Source of the DNA: Acidobacteriota bacterium
GTDB taxonomy: Bacteria > Acidobacteriota > UBA890 > WLXD01
DNA: 64,000 nucleotides
Reading direction: 5' to 3'
NCBI GenBank assembly: GCA_965205505.1
Contig: CBDBHB010000009.1
Span: 2,784,001-2,848,000 of the forward strand
Positions 19,838-31,453 of this stretch are shown one piece after another (position 1 is the stretch's first letter; every line of letters begins with the position of its first letter). The position numbers were made by a program, and so were the translations under genes. The notes beneath the pieces were generated by a model. It saw only the letters and a list, made by a program, of their open reading frames with translations, was not told the DNA's origin and did not search any database.

Positions 19838-21451
19838 ATGCGAGCGATCCACCTTCTCATCGGTGTGCGACCGGCTTCGATCTCGCTCCTCGCCGCCCTG
19901 GTGGTCGGCCTAGTGCTCCCCGGCGCGTTGGCGGCGCAGACGCTGAGCCTGACAGAAGCGACCATCGCCGACATCAGCGCGGCACTCGACGCGGGCACGC
20001 TCACATCCGAGGCGCTCCTGCAGCAGTATCTGGCGAGGATTGCCGCGTACGACGAGCAGGGGCCGGAGCTCAACGCGATTCTCTGGCTGAACCGCGATGC
20101 CCTCGAGACGGCGCGAGTGCTGGATCGAGAGCGTCGCGAGAGCGGCCCCCGCTCCCGACTTCACGGGATCCCGGTGGTGCTGAAGGACAACGTGGATACG
20201 CACGACATGCCGACCACGGCGGGATCGGTGCTGCTTGCCGGGTCGATCCCGCCCGACGACGCGTTCATCGTCCGTAAGCTGCGGGCTGCCGGTGCGATCA
20301 TTCTGGCGAAGCTGAACATGAGCGAGTTTGCCTCGGGCGTTCCGATGAGCTCGATGGGCGGTTACACACGCAACCCACACAGCCTGACGCGTACTCCGTC
20401 CGGTTCCTCGGGCGGTACGGGCGTCGCCATCGCCGCCGCGTTCGGGCAGATCGGCATCGGCACTGATACGGGTGGGTCGGTGCGCGGCCCGTCAGCCGCA
20501 AACGGGATTGTGGGGCTGAAGACCACCCACGGTCTCGTGAGTCGGGACGGCATCGTGCCGCTGGGTCTCTCTTTCGACACCGCCGGTCCCATGGCTAGGC
20601 ATGTCTACGACGTCGCGGCGATGCTCACCGCCCTGGCTGGGGTGGATCCCGCCGACGACTCGACACGAAAGAGCGAGGGGAACGTCATGGCTGACTACAC
20701 CATGGCGCTCGATACCAACGCGCTCGAGGGGGCGCGAGTTGGTATCGCGCGCGGCTTTCTCGGGCAGGATCAGGAGGTCGACTGGATCATCGAGGCGTCG
20801 TTGCAGGCTATGCGCGACGCCGGCGCCGAAGTCGTCGACGTGAAGTTTCCCGAATGGCTCCTCGAGGCGCGCGGCGACATGTACACGACCATTCGCTGGC
20901 GAGAGTTTCGGGTCCAGATCGCCGAGTATCTGAGCACGCTGGGCGAGGAGTACCCGAAGACGCTCGCCGAGCTCATCGAGCGCTCGCAGAAGATTACCGC
21001 CCGCACGGAATACGGGGCGCAGCCAAACCCGACGCGTTGGGCACTGATGCAGAAGGAGGAAGAGAGCGGCGAGGTGACCGACAGTGAGTACCTCGCCGTT
21101 CGAGATCACGGACTGGCCCTCGTGCGCGCTATCGTCAACGGCATCCTCGCCGAATCCGAGCTCGACGCCATCGTCTATCCGACCCGACCAACACGCCCGA
21201 GTCTCGTGGAGGGCAGCAGCGGCGGCGGCGGGAGGTCGGTGACCAACATCGCCAACCTCACCGGGTTTCCCGATCTGACCGTGCCAGCCGGTTTTACCAG
21301 CAACCGGCTGCCGGTGAATATCTCCTTCCTGGGCGCCGCCTTCGCCGAAGCGCGACTGCTGGCGATTGGCTATGCGTTCGAGCAATTGACCAAAGCACGC
21401 CGCGACCCTCTGCATACCCCGGCTCTGCCGGGCGAAGGGATCGAGCAGTAG
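19838..21451 (+). CDS. amidase signature family enzyme, signal peptide
   Basis: LHGIPVVLKDN, GSSGG, GTDTGGSVRGP. Confidence 0.93.
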   Translation: MRAIHLLIGVRPASISLLAALVVGLVLPGALAAQTLSLTEATIADISAALDAGTLTSEALLQQYLARIAAYDEQGPELNAILWLNRDALETARVLDRERRESGPRSRLHGIPVVLKDNVDTHDMPTTAGSVLLAGSIPPDDAFIVRKLRAAGAIILAKLNMSEFASGVPMSSMGGYTRNPHSLTRTPSGSSGGTGVAIAAAFGQIGIGTDTGGSVRGPSAANGIVGLKTTHGLVSRDGIVPLGLSFDTAGPMARHVYDVAAMLTALAGVDPADDSTRKSEGNVMADYTMALDTNALEGARVGIARGFLGQDQEVDWIIEASLQAMRDAGAEVVDVKFPEWLLEARGDMYTTIRWREFRVQIAEYLSTLGEEYPKTLAELIERSQKITARTEYGAQPNPTRWALMQKEEESGEVTDSEYLAVRDHGLALVRAIVNGILAESELDAIVYPTRPTRPSLVEGSSGGGGRSVTNIANLTGFPDLTVPAGFTSNRLPVNISFLGAAFAEARLLAIGYAFEQLTKARRDPLHTPALPGEGIEQ

Positions 21452-21599
21452 TCGATACAGGAGCCCTACGGGCAACGCGCGCCGCGCTTGTTGACAGGCT
21501 GCCGTGGCGCGTGGTCGGATTAAATCTCGCCCGAGGGCATTGACCCGGTCGTGGTGGCCGGCAGCCCGCGTAGCACGACCTTGTCGATGGGGGCCGGGA

Positions 21600-22848
21600 A
21601 TGCGAGCGATTGGGAAGATCAGACCGTTGGTCATCGTCACGTTGGGGGCCACCCTGCTGTTGCACGGACCGGGCCTTCAGGCCGGCGCCCAAACGGGCGA
21701 GTACGTCGAGCTGTTCAGCATCGCGGCAAGCGCACGCGAACCGGTCCCCGCGAGCATCCTGGGTACCGCCATGCCGGGATCCGTGGAGCGCCTAGACATC
21801 GATCTCGAAGCGCTGAGATCGTCCTCGGGCGGATTTCCGCTGGGTACGTATGACGTTCCGACAAGGCCTCGTCAGCCTGCGTGTAGCGCGCGACGAGATG
21901 GAGTGGTCGAACGATCGGACGCTTTCGTGGTTCGGCAAGATCGAGAACGATGGAGGCTCGGTGCTCCTGTCGATACACCGCGACGCGGTGTTCGGGCGCA
22001 TCGAAACCGGGGCCGGAGTCTACAAGATCGAGCCGGCCGGCAGAGGCTACTGGCTGTACCAGCTCGATTTTTCCAGGGCGGCCCAGGTGGACTTCGGAGG
22101 AGTAGAGTCCCGGTTCCCCTACGAGGTTGACGGGGGCACCGACCGGGCTGCTCAGACGTCGGCTAAGACGACGATCACCGTGCTGATTGTCTACACGAAC
22201 GGCTTCAAGGCGGCCTACCCACGCTCTGAGCTGAAGGCACAGATTAATCTGCTGGTGAATACGGCGAACCTCTCATTCAAGAACAGCAAAGCAAAGATCA
22301 AGCTGAAGGTGGTCGGTAGAAAGCTGCATAAATACCCCGACGGCGGCGACCTCAATGCGGCATTGGATGACTTTGAGGATGGAGTAGGCGTCTTCCGCAA
22401 GGTTCCCGGGTGGCGGGACAAGTTTGCCGCCGACCTGGTCATGCTTCTTCGCGTGCTCAAGGAAGACAACACGAGTTGTGGGCTCGCGGAGTTCATGGCT
22501 CAGCTTAGCGCCAGCTTTGCTCCCCGCGGCTATTCGGTGGTGCAAGTAGGCCGGATTGATTTGGGCGGGGGGACGTTTAACTTCTGTCGCGATCAGACCG
22601 CTGCACACGAGATCGGCCATAACCTGGGATGCAATCACAATGACGGCGACATGGGTATCTTTCCGTTCTCCCTTGGCCATGTGTTCGGTGCGTTCGGCAG
22701 CGTAATGTCCACAAGAGGTGGTGTGACCACGGTGAGCCACTTCTCCAACCCCAAGGTGAAATATCAGGGGTTGAAGACCGGCACTGCGAAGCTCAACAAC
22801 GCCAAGTCTCTCAACTTGGTTCGCGAAGTGGCCGCTGATTGGCGATAG
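21600..22848 (+). CDS. reprolysin-like (M12B-like) zinc metalloprotease, frameshift near 21825
   Basis: HEIGHNLGCNH, Met-turn GSVMS, FSNP. Signal peptide lies in the upstream frame. Confidence 0.8.
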
Positions 22849-22963
22849 CTCACGGGGTTTGTCCGCTCACCGAGCCGCTCGGGAGTTGGGGTTCCCCCAG
22901 CTACATGCGGCGTGACTCTGTGCGTATGCTGAGCCGGGTAGGCCGGATGGGTCCAGCAGTAGA

Positions 22964-24592
22964 TTGATGATCGAAACCATACGACCCCGGTTCGGAATCG
23001 GCTGGTTTGCCGTTGGGTGCCTGCTGCTCGCCGCGGGGGCCGGGGGCGCGGCGCGGGCAGCGCCGCAGGCCTCAGAGGAGCCGCCGCTCGATCTGATCAT
23101 CCGGGGCGGGCGTGTGTTCGACGGTAGCGGAAATCCCTGGATCCTTGCTGACGTTGGCATTCAGGGCGAGCGAATCGTCGCGGTGGGCGATCTTTCCGAT
23201 GCCTCGGCCGAGGTCGAGATCGAGGCTACCGGGCTCTACGTGGCACCAGGCTTTATCGATGTCCATTCGCATGCCCTCGCCGGGTTGATCACCGAGGATC
23301 GTAGCGCTGCCGCGACGCTGCTGTACCAGGGTCTGACGACGGTGGTGATCAATCCCGACGGGGGTGGCGGCCTCGATATCGGCGAGCAACGAGACGCCCT
23401 GCTGGCGCACGGCCTCGGCGTGAACGTCGCCCAGATGGTCGGTCATGGAACTGTCCGTGGCGCGGTGCTCGGCATGGAGGATCGCGCTCCGACGGCCGAT
23501 GAGCTGGCACAGATGATGGCGATCGTGCGCGGGGCCATGGAGGATGGAGCATTCGGGCTATCCAGCGGCCTGTTCTATACGCCGGGCAGCTATGCCGAGC
23601 TCGACGAGGTGATCGAGCTTGCTAAGGTCGTTGCTGAGCTCGGGGGCGCCTACGGCGCCCACATCCGCGACGAGGCCGACTATACGATCGGCGTCGTCGC
23701 CGCGGTCGACGAGGTTATCCAGGTGGCACGCGAAGCCGGCATTCCCGGTGTGGTCACCCACATCAAAGCGCTTGGGCCGAACGCTTGGGGTGAATCGGAG
23801 ACGATCGTCGAGCGGATCGACGCGGCCCGAGCCGAGGGCGTGGAGATGTACGCCGACCAGTATCCCTACGAGGCTTCGAGCACGGGGCTGTCCGCGGCCC
23901 TGTTGCCGCGCTGGTCGCAAGCCGGGGGCAGCGACGTGCAGGCGCGGCGCTTTGCCGACCGCGAAACCCGCGCACGCATTCGCCAGGCGATGGTCGACAA
24001 CCTGGCGCGGCGGGGCGGTGCTGATCGAATCCAGTTCACCGGCGGAGGTCCGGAGATGGAAGGCAGAACGCTGCAGTCGCTAGCCGATCAGCAACGAACA
24101 CATCCCATCGACGTGGCCATCGAGATCATCACCGGCGGGCTACCCGGCTCGGTCATCTCGTTCAACATGCACACCGACGATCTTCGCAGGCTGATGGTAC
24201 AGCCGTGGACGATGACCTCCTCCGACGGAGGATTGCCAACTTTCGGCGCCGGTAAGCCGCACCCGCGATCCTACGGCACCTACCCTCGCAAGATCCGCAA
24301 GTATGTGCTCGAGGATGGTTTCGTTACGCTACCGGCGGCGATTCGCAGCATGACCAGCCTTCCGGCGACCGCCTACCGCATCGAGGAACGGGGGTTCATC
24401 CGATCCGGGACCTTTGCGGATGTCGTGGTCTTTGATCTCGATCGGATAACTGACCGGGCAACCTATACCGACCCGCATCAGTACTCCGAGGGTATCGTCC
24501 ACGTTCTCGTCAACGGCGGCGTTGCACTGCGCGACGGTGAGCCGACCGGGGCGAGATCCGGCGTCGTGCTACGGCGGAACGGCGCGAAGTAG
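22964..24592 (+). CDS. N-acyl-D-amino-acid deacylase
   Basis: PGFIDVHSH, GLSSGLFY, HIRDE, SSDG, HPRSYGTYPR. Confidence 0.92.
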   Translation: MMIETIRPRFGIGWFAVGCLLLAAGAGGAARAAPQASEEPPLDLIIRGGRVFDGSGNPWILADVGIQGERIVAVGDLSDASAEVEIEATGLYVAPGFIDVHSHALAGLITEDRSAAATLLYQGLTTVVINPDGGGGLDIGEQRDALLAHGLGVNVAQMVGHGTVRGAVLGMEDRAPTADELAQMMAIVRGAMEDGAFGLSSGLFYTPGSYAELDEVIELAKVVAELGGAYGAHIRDEADYTIGVVAAVDEVIQVAREAGIPGVVTHIKALGPNAWGESETIVERIDAARAEGVEMYADQYPYEASSTGLSAALLPRWSQAGGSDVQARRFADRETRARIRQAMVDNLARRGGADRIQFTGGGPEMEGRTLQSLADQQRTHPIDVAIEIITGGLPGSVISFNMHTDDLRRLMVQPWTMTSSDGGLPTFGAGKPHPRSYGTYPRKIRKYVLEDGFVTLPAAIRSMTSLPATAYRIEERGFIRSGTFADVVVFDLDRITDRATYTDPHQYSEGIVHVLVNGGVALRDGEPTGARSGVVLRRNGAK

Positions 24593-24620
24593 ATTGGCGC
24601 GACACCACCCCCGAGAGCCG

Positions 24621-26330
24621 ATGGCCGGGTCCCCCATGGTCATACGCACGGACACTCCGTCGTACGAGACGCTCGAAGACGAGTTCAGATGGTGCGTCCC
24701 GGAGCGCTTCAACATCACCGAGGCGGTATGCACACGCCACGCTCGGTCGATCCCGGATTCCCCCGCGGTGATCGAGGACGATCCCGTGAACGGGCACCGG
24801 ATCGTCAGCTTCGCCGAGCTCGAGACACGGTCGAGTCGGGTGGCGGTAGGGTTGCGGGCCCGCGGCATCGGAACCGGCGACCGGGTCGCGATTACCCTGG
24901 AGCAGGGTGCCGACGCTCTGGCGGTGCACCTGGCGTGCTTCAAGATCGGCGCCATCTCGGTACCGATCGCATCGCTCTATGGCACTGAGGGATTGGCCTA
25001 TCGACTCAACGACTGTGGAGCGCGCCTGCTGGTTACCGACCTGGTCGGCGCAACGAAGCTGCACCCGCCAGCAGGGACCAGCCGACGGGAACGGCTGCCG
25101 GCGCTCGAACACGTCGCCGTTGCTGCCAGCGCAGCTGGGTTCCCGCCGGCCGCCGACCCGACCGCGATCGCCACGATACCCGGGGCTTTTCCGCTCGACG
25201 AGCTCAACGCGGCACGCGACGATCCGGCTGGGGCTCGGTGTGCGGCGAGCGGGGCCGACGACCCGGCGATCCTCTTCTACACATCGGGCACAACGGGACC
25301 CGCGGCGGGTGTGCTCCATGCCCACCGTGTGCTCATCGGCCATCTGCCAGGCTTCCAGATGGTGTTCGACCTAGCGCCACGCCCGGCAGATATCTTCTGG
25401 ACTCCGTCGGTATGGTCGTGGGTGGCATCGCTGGTTGAGTTGGTGCTTCCGGCGCTGTACTTCGGGTGTCCTGTCGTTGCGAGCGCCGAGCGGTTTTCGA
25501 TCCGGGGTGCGTACCGGATCCTCTCGGCGCACGGCGTCACGTGTCCTTTTCTTGCACCCGCAGCGTTGCGCCGCATGCGGGCGGAGCCCCCAGCACTTGA
25601 CGTGCAGTTCGCGCTCCGAGCCGTGATGACCGGCGGCGAGGTGTCTCCGCCAGAGGTCCTCGAGTGGACCCATCGGGCCCTCGGCGCCACCGTCAACGAC
25701 ATCTACGGCCAGACCGAGGTCAACCACATCGCCACCGGGTGCAGTGCCCTTTTCGAAACGCCGAATGGTGCCATTGGCAAGGTCGTTGCCGGACGCCGAG
25801 CCCGAATCGTGGATGAGGATGGCCAGGAGGTTGAACCGGGTGCGTTGGGCGAGATCGCCGTGCACCGTGACGACCCTGTCGTCATGCTCGAGTACTGGAA
25901 TCGGCCGGAGCAAAGCGCAGCGAAGTTTGGCGACGGCTGGATTCGTACTGGCGATGCGGGCTGCGTCGATGCCGACGGCTTCCTGTACTTCGCCGGTCGC
26001 CTCGACGACATGATCACGGCGAGCGGCTATCGCATCGGTCCAGAAGAGGTGGAGGGAGCGCTTCTGGCTCACGACGCCGTGATGGAGGCGGGCGTTGTAG
26101 GCCTGCCGGATCTCGACCGAGGTGAGATCGTGGCCGCGTGTGTGCGGCTCAAGCCTGGTTTCGAGCCCAGCGACTCGCTCGCCGTGGAGCTGCAAGACTT
26201 CGTCAAGACTCGGCTGGCGGCGCACGCGCGCCCTCGGAGGCTCGAGTTCGTGAGCTCGCTCCCCGCCACCTCGAGCGGCAAGACGCGCCGTGCGGAGATC
26301 AGGAGTCGGCTGCTTGCCGGGGACGCTTGA
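24621..26330 (+). CDS. acyl-CoA synthetase (AMP-forming)
   Basis: YTSGTTG, YGQTE, TGD, GYRIGPEEVE, SGK. Confidence 0.9.
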   Translation: MAGSPMVIRTDTPSYETLEDEFRWCVPERFNITEAVCTRHARSIPDSPAVIEDDPVNGHRIVSFAELETRSSRVAVGLRARGIGTGDRVAITLEQGADALAVHLACFKIGAISVPIASLYGTEGLAYRLNDCGARLLVTDLVGATKLHPPAGTSRRERLPALEHVAVAASAAGFPPAADPTAIATIPGAFPLDELNAARDDPAGARCAASGADDPAILFYTSGTTGPAAGVLHAHRVLIGHLPGFQMVFDLAPRPADIFWTPSVWSWVASLVELVLPALYFGCPVVASAERFSIRGAYRILSAHGVTCPFLAPAALRRMRAEPPALDVQFALRAVMTGGEVSPPEVLEWTHRALGATVNDIYGQTEVNHIATGCSALFETPNGAIGKVVAGRRARIVDEDGQEVEPGALGEIAVHRDDPVVMLEYWNRPEQSAAKFGDGWIRTGDAGCVDADGFLYFAGRLDDMITASGYRIGPEEVEGALLAHDAVMEAGVVGLPDLDRGEIVAACVRLKPGFEPSDSLAVELQDFVKTRLAAHARPRRLEFVSSLPATSSGKTRRAEIRSRLLAGDA

Positions 26331-26405
26331 GCCAACCCCACCCGGCTCCGGCGTGCGGGCGGCTCGACCTTCGATCAGCTGGTTGCCGTGCGCTGCCTTT
26401 GTAGC

Positions 26406-27032
26406 TCAGGCCGGTCGGTAATCCGGGTTGTCCCACACGATGAGCACGGCCCAGTTACCGACCGCGTCGTCGCCCATGTAATCTGGGATAGCCGCCCGGG
26501 GCTGGAAGCCACGGGCGATCTGGAAGGTCAGCGTCCGATCGAATAGCTCGCCGGCCGAGACACGCCGGATGTACTCTTCGGCGCTCATCGACTCGATGTG
26601 ATCGGCGTAGCCGGGAATGACCCCGCCGGCCACGATGCCACGACGGTTGTAGGTGCGGACCACCTCCTTGCGCAGCCTGTACAGCTCGGTGCCGATGCCC
26701 TGGCTGCGATACTCCGGCAGCACGCTGATGTCGATGCCGTAATACCACCCGCCATCGGGATCGTGGTTGGCGCACTGGTGCTTGCCAGCGAGTTCCTCCA
26801 GCGAGTGGGCACCGGCGTCGAAGTCGAAATCGAGGAAGATCCCCAGACCCATGCCGACGGGCTCGTCGCCATCGAGCGCCACGAAGCCACCCTCCGGAAA
26901 CACCGTGCAATAGAAGCGGACGTCGTCCTCTGAGAGCAGGTCGAATCCACTGAGGTTGGGGAAAGCGCGGCGCTCGATCATCGCGCACGCTGCGGCGTGA
27001 CGGGGCTCGATGTGGACGTAGCGGATCACCAT
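26406..27032 (-). CDS. GNAT family N-acetyltransferase
   Basis: ISVLPEYRSQGIGTELY motif A. Confidence 0.9.
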   Translation of the reverse strand: MVIRYVHIEPRHAAACAMIERRAFPNLSGFDLLSEDDVRFYCTVFPEGGFVALDGDEPVGMGLGIFLDFDFDAGAHSLEELAGKHQCANHDPDGGWYYGIDISVLPEYRSQGIGTELYRLRKEVVRTYNRRGIVAGGVIPGYADHIESMSAEEYIRRVSAGELFDRTLTFQIARGFQPRAAIPDYMGDDAVGNWAVLIVWDNPDYRPA

Positions 27033-27036
27033 GGCG

Positions 27037-28164
27037 TCAGGCCAGGATCGGGATCCTGTAAAACTCGTTCATGCTGGGGAGCCCCCACACGGCCCATACG
27101 TCGGAGGTGCGCGGCCGCATGATGGCTGCGCCGCTGGATTCGAAGCGATAGGGATCCCTGGCCACCTGACAGATGGCACTCGGCTCGCGGGTGAGTGCCA
27201 TGAGGTCCTGCGGCATGATGTCGTGGTGGTCGAGAAGATCGATAGCTTTCCGCAGTCGGCTCATCGAGCTGTCCTGTAGGCAGGTGGGGCGCCGACCCTG
27301 TCCCGCGGTGGCGGCGGGCGTCAACGTATGGTTGGTGTGCACCAACGGATCTGCGTTCAGCTGCGTGACGGGCCGTTGCGTAGGCATCGCTTCGACGTTG
27401 TATCCGACGCCGCTACGGTCGAACAGCAGGAAGTTGTGGCCTCCCGCTAGGTTGGCTTCCAGGATTACATCGCGGGCATCGGTCGCCGTAGGTTGCATGA
27501 GTGCGTGGCGCACTACGAACGGCCAGGTGACTCCGATACGACCATCGGCAGCGGTGAGATTGTTGATTCCGACGCAGACGCCGAGCTCGTTGATGCCGAA
27601 CTGCCCGACGCACCCCGTGGTGGTGAACACCAGGGCGGCTGGACCGTTCTCGGGTGCGAGCCGCAGCAACAACACGTAGTCGGTCGCGCTGTCGTGCATG
27701 TCCCAGGTCTGGCCGAGGAAGCCGGCGCCGGCCGCTCGGTGGTCCGGCACGATGAACGCGGTGCAGTGGTCCTCCGTAGCAGCCGCGAGGGGCACATCTC
27801 CAGAGCTGTTTCGCACAATGTCGAGGAAATCGGTGAATCCTCCAACCAGCACGATCTCGGCAGGGGTAATTCCCGCACCTTCAGCGATGCCGACCATCTC
27901 TGTGTATAGCGCGGCGGAATGCGCCTCGTGGGCGGGAAGACACGCCCTGGCCAGGTCCAGAACGTCGGACCGGGAGCGTCCGCCCCACAGCGTGGACGAA
28001 AGCAGGTTCAAGCGATCCTGCGCGTAAGTGCGAATCTCCTCCGCGTGGGCCCGGCCGTGCGCGTATCCCATCGCCGCTGGCGACCCCACCACATCCAGCA
28101 CTCGAATCGGAGGGCGTTTCAAGATCAACCTCCAGCCAGGTTGCCCTCGTGGCTGCGGAGCCAC
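27037..28164 (-). CDS. C45 family Ntn-hydrolase (acyl-CoA:6-APA acyltransferase-like)
   Basis: H-CT autoprocessing site, GQTWD, GINELG, HTNH. Start uncertain. Confidence 0.88.
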   Translation of the reverse strand: MAPQPRGQPGWRLILKRPPIRVLDVVGSPAAMGYAHGRAHAEEIRTYAQDRLNLLSSTLWGGRSRSDVLDLARACLPAHEAHSAALYTEMVGIAEGAGITPAEIVLVGGFTDFLDIVRNSSGDVPLAAATEDHCTAFIVPDHRAAGAGFLGQTWDMHDSATDYVLLLRLAPENGPAALVFTTTGCVGQFGINELGVCVGINNLTAADGRIGVTWPFVVRHALMQPTATDARDVILEANLAGGHNFLLFDRSGVGYNVEAMPTQRPVTQLNADPLVHTNHTLTPAATAGQGRRPTCLQDSSMSRLRKAIDLLDHHDIMPQDLMALTREPSAICQVARDPYRFESSGAAIMRPRTSDVWAVWGLPSMNEFYRIPILA

Positions 28165-28255
28165 TCGGCAGACTACGCCGTGCCACCGGCTTCCCTAGAA
28201 TAGATCGGCTCCCCAGTCACCGACAACGAAACGTGAACCCTGACCGGACCTACCT

Positions 28256-29926
28256 ATGAGCTTCCCTGCCGACTTCCAGATCGCTAGCTCGGCCACCTTG
28301 CGCCCCATCATCGATGTGGCGGCCGAGCTCGGGCTGGGGCCCGATGACCTCGATCTGTACGGATCTGACAAGGCCAAGATACGGAGGGCCACTCTCGAGC
28401 GCCTTGAGCCCAGGTCGAAGTTGGTGATCGTTACCGCGACAACACCGACCGCCGCGGGCGAGGGCAAGACGACGGTCAGCGTTGGATTGTCTCAGGCGCT
28501 GCGGCGCATTGGCCAGAAGGTCGCGACCGCTATCCGTGAGCCGAGCTTGGGGCCGGTGTTCGGGATCAAGGGCGGCGCCGCGGGCGGCGGCTACTCGCAG
28601 GTCCTACCGATGGAGGACATCAACCTCCATTTTACCGGTGACTTACATGCCATCACGTCGGCCAACAGCCTGCTGGCGGCGGCGATAGACAACCACATAC
28701 ATCAGGGAAACAAGCTCGGCATCGATCCGCGGCGCATCACGTGGCGGCGATGCATCGACATGAACGATCGCGCGTTGCGCCGAATCGTCATCGGCCTCGG
28801 CGGTCCGATGAGCGGTGTGCCTCGTGAGGACGGATTCGTGATCACCGCCGCCAGCGAGGTGATGGCGACGCTCTGCCTGGCTACGGATATAGATGATCTC
28901 GAGGTGCGTCTCGCTCGAATTATCATCGGTCCGGACCGCGAGGGCCGCCCGGTCTTGGCCCGCGACCTCGAGGTTACCGGTGCCATGACCATGCTTCTTC
29001 GGGATGCCATCAGACCGAACCTGGTGCAGACCATCGAGGGTGGCCCGGCTTTCGTACACGGCGGTCCATTCGCCAACATCGCCCACGGCTGCAACACGCT
29101 GGTTGCAACGCGCGCGGCCATGTCGCTGGCCGATATCGTGATCACCGAAGCGGGGTTCGGATCGGACCTCGGCTTCGAGAAATTCTGCAACATCAAGTGT
29201 CGTCTGGGTGGCATCAGTCCGCAGGCAGCCGTCCTGGTAACCACGATCAGGGCGCTGAAGCTGCATGGCGGTGCGGCGGCAAACGCGTTAACCACCGAGG
29301 ATGTCGCCGCCGTCGCGGCAGGCACCGCGAACTTGGACGCCCACATCGCCAACGTGCGCCACCATGGTCTGCCGCCGCTCGTTGCGATCAATCGCTTCGC
29401 GACCGATACCGACGCGGAGGTCGAGGCCGTTTTGGAGCATTGCGCCGCGAACGGCGTCCGTGCCGACACGCTGGAGATCCATTCCCGCGGCGGCGAGGGT
29501 GGCGAGTCGTTTGCCCACATGGTCGTGGCAGCGCTCGACAGCGGTGAGGCTGACTTCAAACACCCTTACGAGACGGACCTTCCGATTGCCGAAAAGATCG
29601 AGACGATTGCCACGAGCGTCTACGGCGCAGCGCGCGTCGAGCTGAGCTCGAAGGCGCGCAAGTCGATCGACTTTCTAGAGGCCAACGGCCTCGGACACAC
29701 GCCGGTATGCATGGCCAAGACGCCGGCCTCATTGACCGATGATGCGAGCCGCCTCGGTCGACCAACTGGCTTTGCGGTGCACGTGCAGGACGTGACGCCG
29801 TCGGCTGGGGCAGGCTTTGTGGTTGCCCATCTCGGCAACGTGATGACCATGCCAGGGCTCCCGAGGGTGCCGGCCGCGAATCGCATGCGCGTGACACCTG
29901 AGGGGGGCATCGAAGGCCTGTTCTGA
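28256..29926 (+). CDS. fhs: formate--tetrahydrofolate ligase
   Basis: TPTAAGEGKTT, GIKGGAAGGGYSQV, HGGPFANIAHG, MPGLP. Confidence 0.97.
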   Translation: MSFPADFQIASSATLRPIIDVAAELGLGPDDLDLYGSDKAKIRRATLERLEPRSKLVIVTATTPTAAGEGKTTVSVGLSQALRRIGQKVATAIREPSLGPVFGIKGGAAGGGYSQVLPMEDINLHFTGDLHAITSANSLLAAAIDNHIHQGNKLGIDPRRITWRRCIDMNDRALRRIVIGLGGPMSGVPREDGFVITAASEVMATLCLATDIDDLEVRLARIIIGPDREGRPVLARDLEVTGAMTMLLRDAIRPNLVQTIEGGPAFVHGGPFANIAHGCNTLVATRAAMSLADIVITEAGFGSDLGFEKFCNIKCRLGGISPQAAVLVTTIRALKLHGGAAANALTTEDVAAVAAGTANLDAHIANVRHHGLPPLVAINRFATDTDAEVEAVLEHCAANGVRADTLEIHSRGGEGGESFAHMVVAALDSGEADFKHPYETDLPIAEKIETIATSVYGAARVELSSKARKSIDFLEANGLGHTPVCMAKTPASLTDDASRLGRPTGFAVHVQDVTPSAGAGFVVAHLGNVMTMPGLPRVPAANRMRVTPEGGIEGLF

Positions 29927-29933
29927 TGCCGGC

Positions 29934-31453
29934 GTGGGACATTCGGTAGTTGCCGGGAGCCGGAACGTGAGTGTAGGCGAGCTGCAAGATCTGCTTCGCG
30001 GCAGCGGCAGCGTGTTGGCTGCCGCGGCGGGCGTCGTTGCCGCGGCGAGCGCCGCGTTGCATGCGTTGCTTTTCAAACGCGACTCGCGTTCGGCACTCGG
30101 GTGGATCGCGGTCTCTGTGGCCTTCCCGCTGGTCGGGCCGGCGCTGTACTACGTGCTGGGCATCAACAGGATCCGCACGCGGGCCAAGCGCCTGCACGCC
30201 GATGCACCGGAGGAGGTCAAGCACCGGCCCGGGGTCGGGGCGCCGCCGGGCATGACTGGGAGCCGGTCAGCGGCCGTTGCCTACAAGGGCACCACAACAC
30301 CGGAGCCCCAGCTCGGCGACCTAGTTCGCCTCGGCCGGGTCGTCACTCGACGTTGCCTCACCGTTGGTAACACGGTAACGGTGTTGCACAACGGCGAGGG
30401 GGCCTACCCGCCGATGATCGACGCCATCCGTGGCGCGGAGCGGAGCGTTTACCTGGCGACCTATATCTTCGAGACCAACGCCACCGGCCTGGCGTTCGTG
30501 GAGGCCTTGTCGGCGGCAGTCTCGCGGGGCGTTAGCGTACGGGTGCTGGTGGACGGTGTGGGCGAGCTCTATGGCGGGCCACGGGCTTCCAAGGTATTGA
30601 TTCGAGCTGGCGTTCCGAGTGCGCGGTTTCTACCGCCTCGTTTGCTACCGCCGCAACTCGCAATCAACCTGCGTAACCACCGGAAGATCCTCGTAGCCGA
30701 CGGGTATGTGGCGTTCACGGGTGGCATGAACATTGGCGATCGGCATCTCGCTGATGACGATGATCCGCATCGGGTTACCGACATTCACTTTCTTCTCCGT
30801 GGGCCGGTCGTACGGCAAATAGAGGACGTCTTTCTGGAAGACTGGGAGTTCACTACAGGCGAAGCGCTAGAGCCGTCTCCGGTGCGCGAGGAAGTTGCCA
30901 ACGGCTCAACCTCGGCGCGCCTGGTAGTGGATGGCCCAGACGAGGATCTAGATCGCCTGGCGGCGATCCTCATCGGTGCGATTGGTGCCGCGCGCTGGCG
31001 AGTCTGGATCATGCGCCCTATTTCCTTCCACCACGCGAGCTCATAGCGGCACTAAAGGCGGCGGCGCTGCGCGGCACCGATGTCAGGGTGATCCTGCCAG
31101 CGAAAATCAACCTTCCCTACGTTCACTGGGCATCACGGAACATCCTCTGGGAACTGCTGCACTGGGGCGTGCGTGTGTTCTATCAGCCGGCCCCGTTCGC
31201 GCATTCGAAGTTGCTGCTGGTCGACGAGGAGTACGTCCAGATCGGCTCGGCGAACATCGATCCGCGCTCTTTGCGGCTCAACTTCGAGCTTTCGGTGGAA
31301 CTCTACGATCCTAGCCTGGCCGCCACGCTGGAAGCCTATGCCGAGGCGCTCATGGAGAAGTCGCGCGAGGTGAGCTTCGGCGAGTTAGACCAGCGGCACC
31401 TGGGCATCCGTATCCGCGATGCTCTCGCTGGCCTTTTTACTCCGTATCTATAG
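29934..31453 (+). CDS. cls: cardiolipin synthase, -1 frameshift at about 31013
   Basis: Two HKD motifs (NHRKILVAD; HSKLLLVD) in different frames. ATG-CG-CCC-TAT-TTC needs one base to read MTPYF. Confidence 0.9.
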
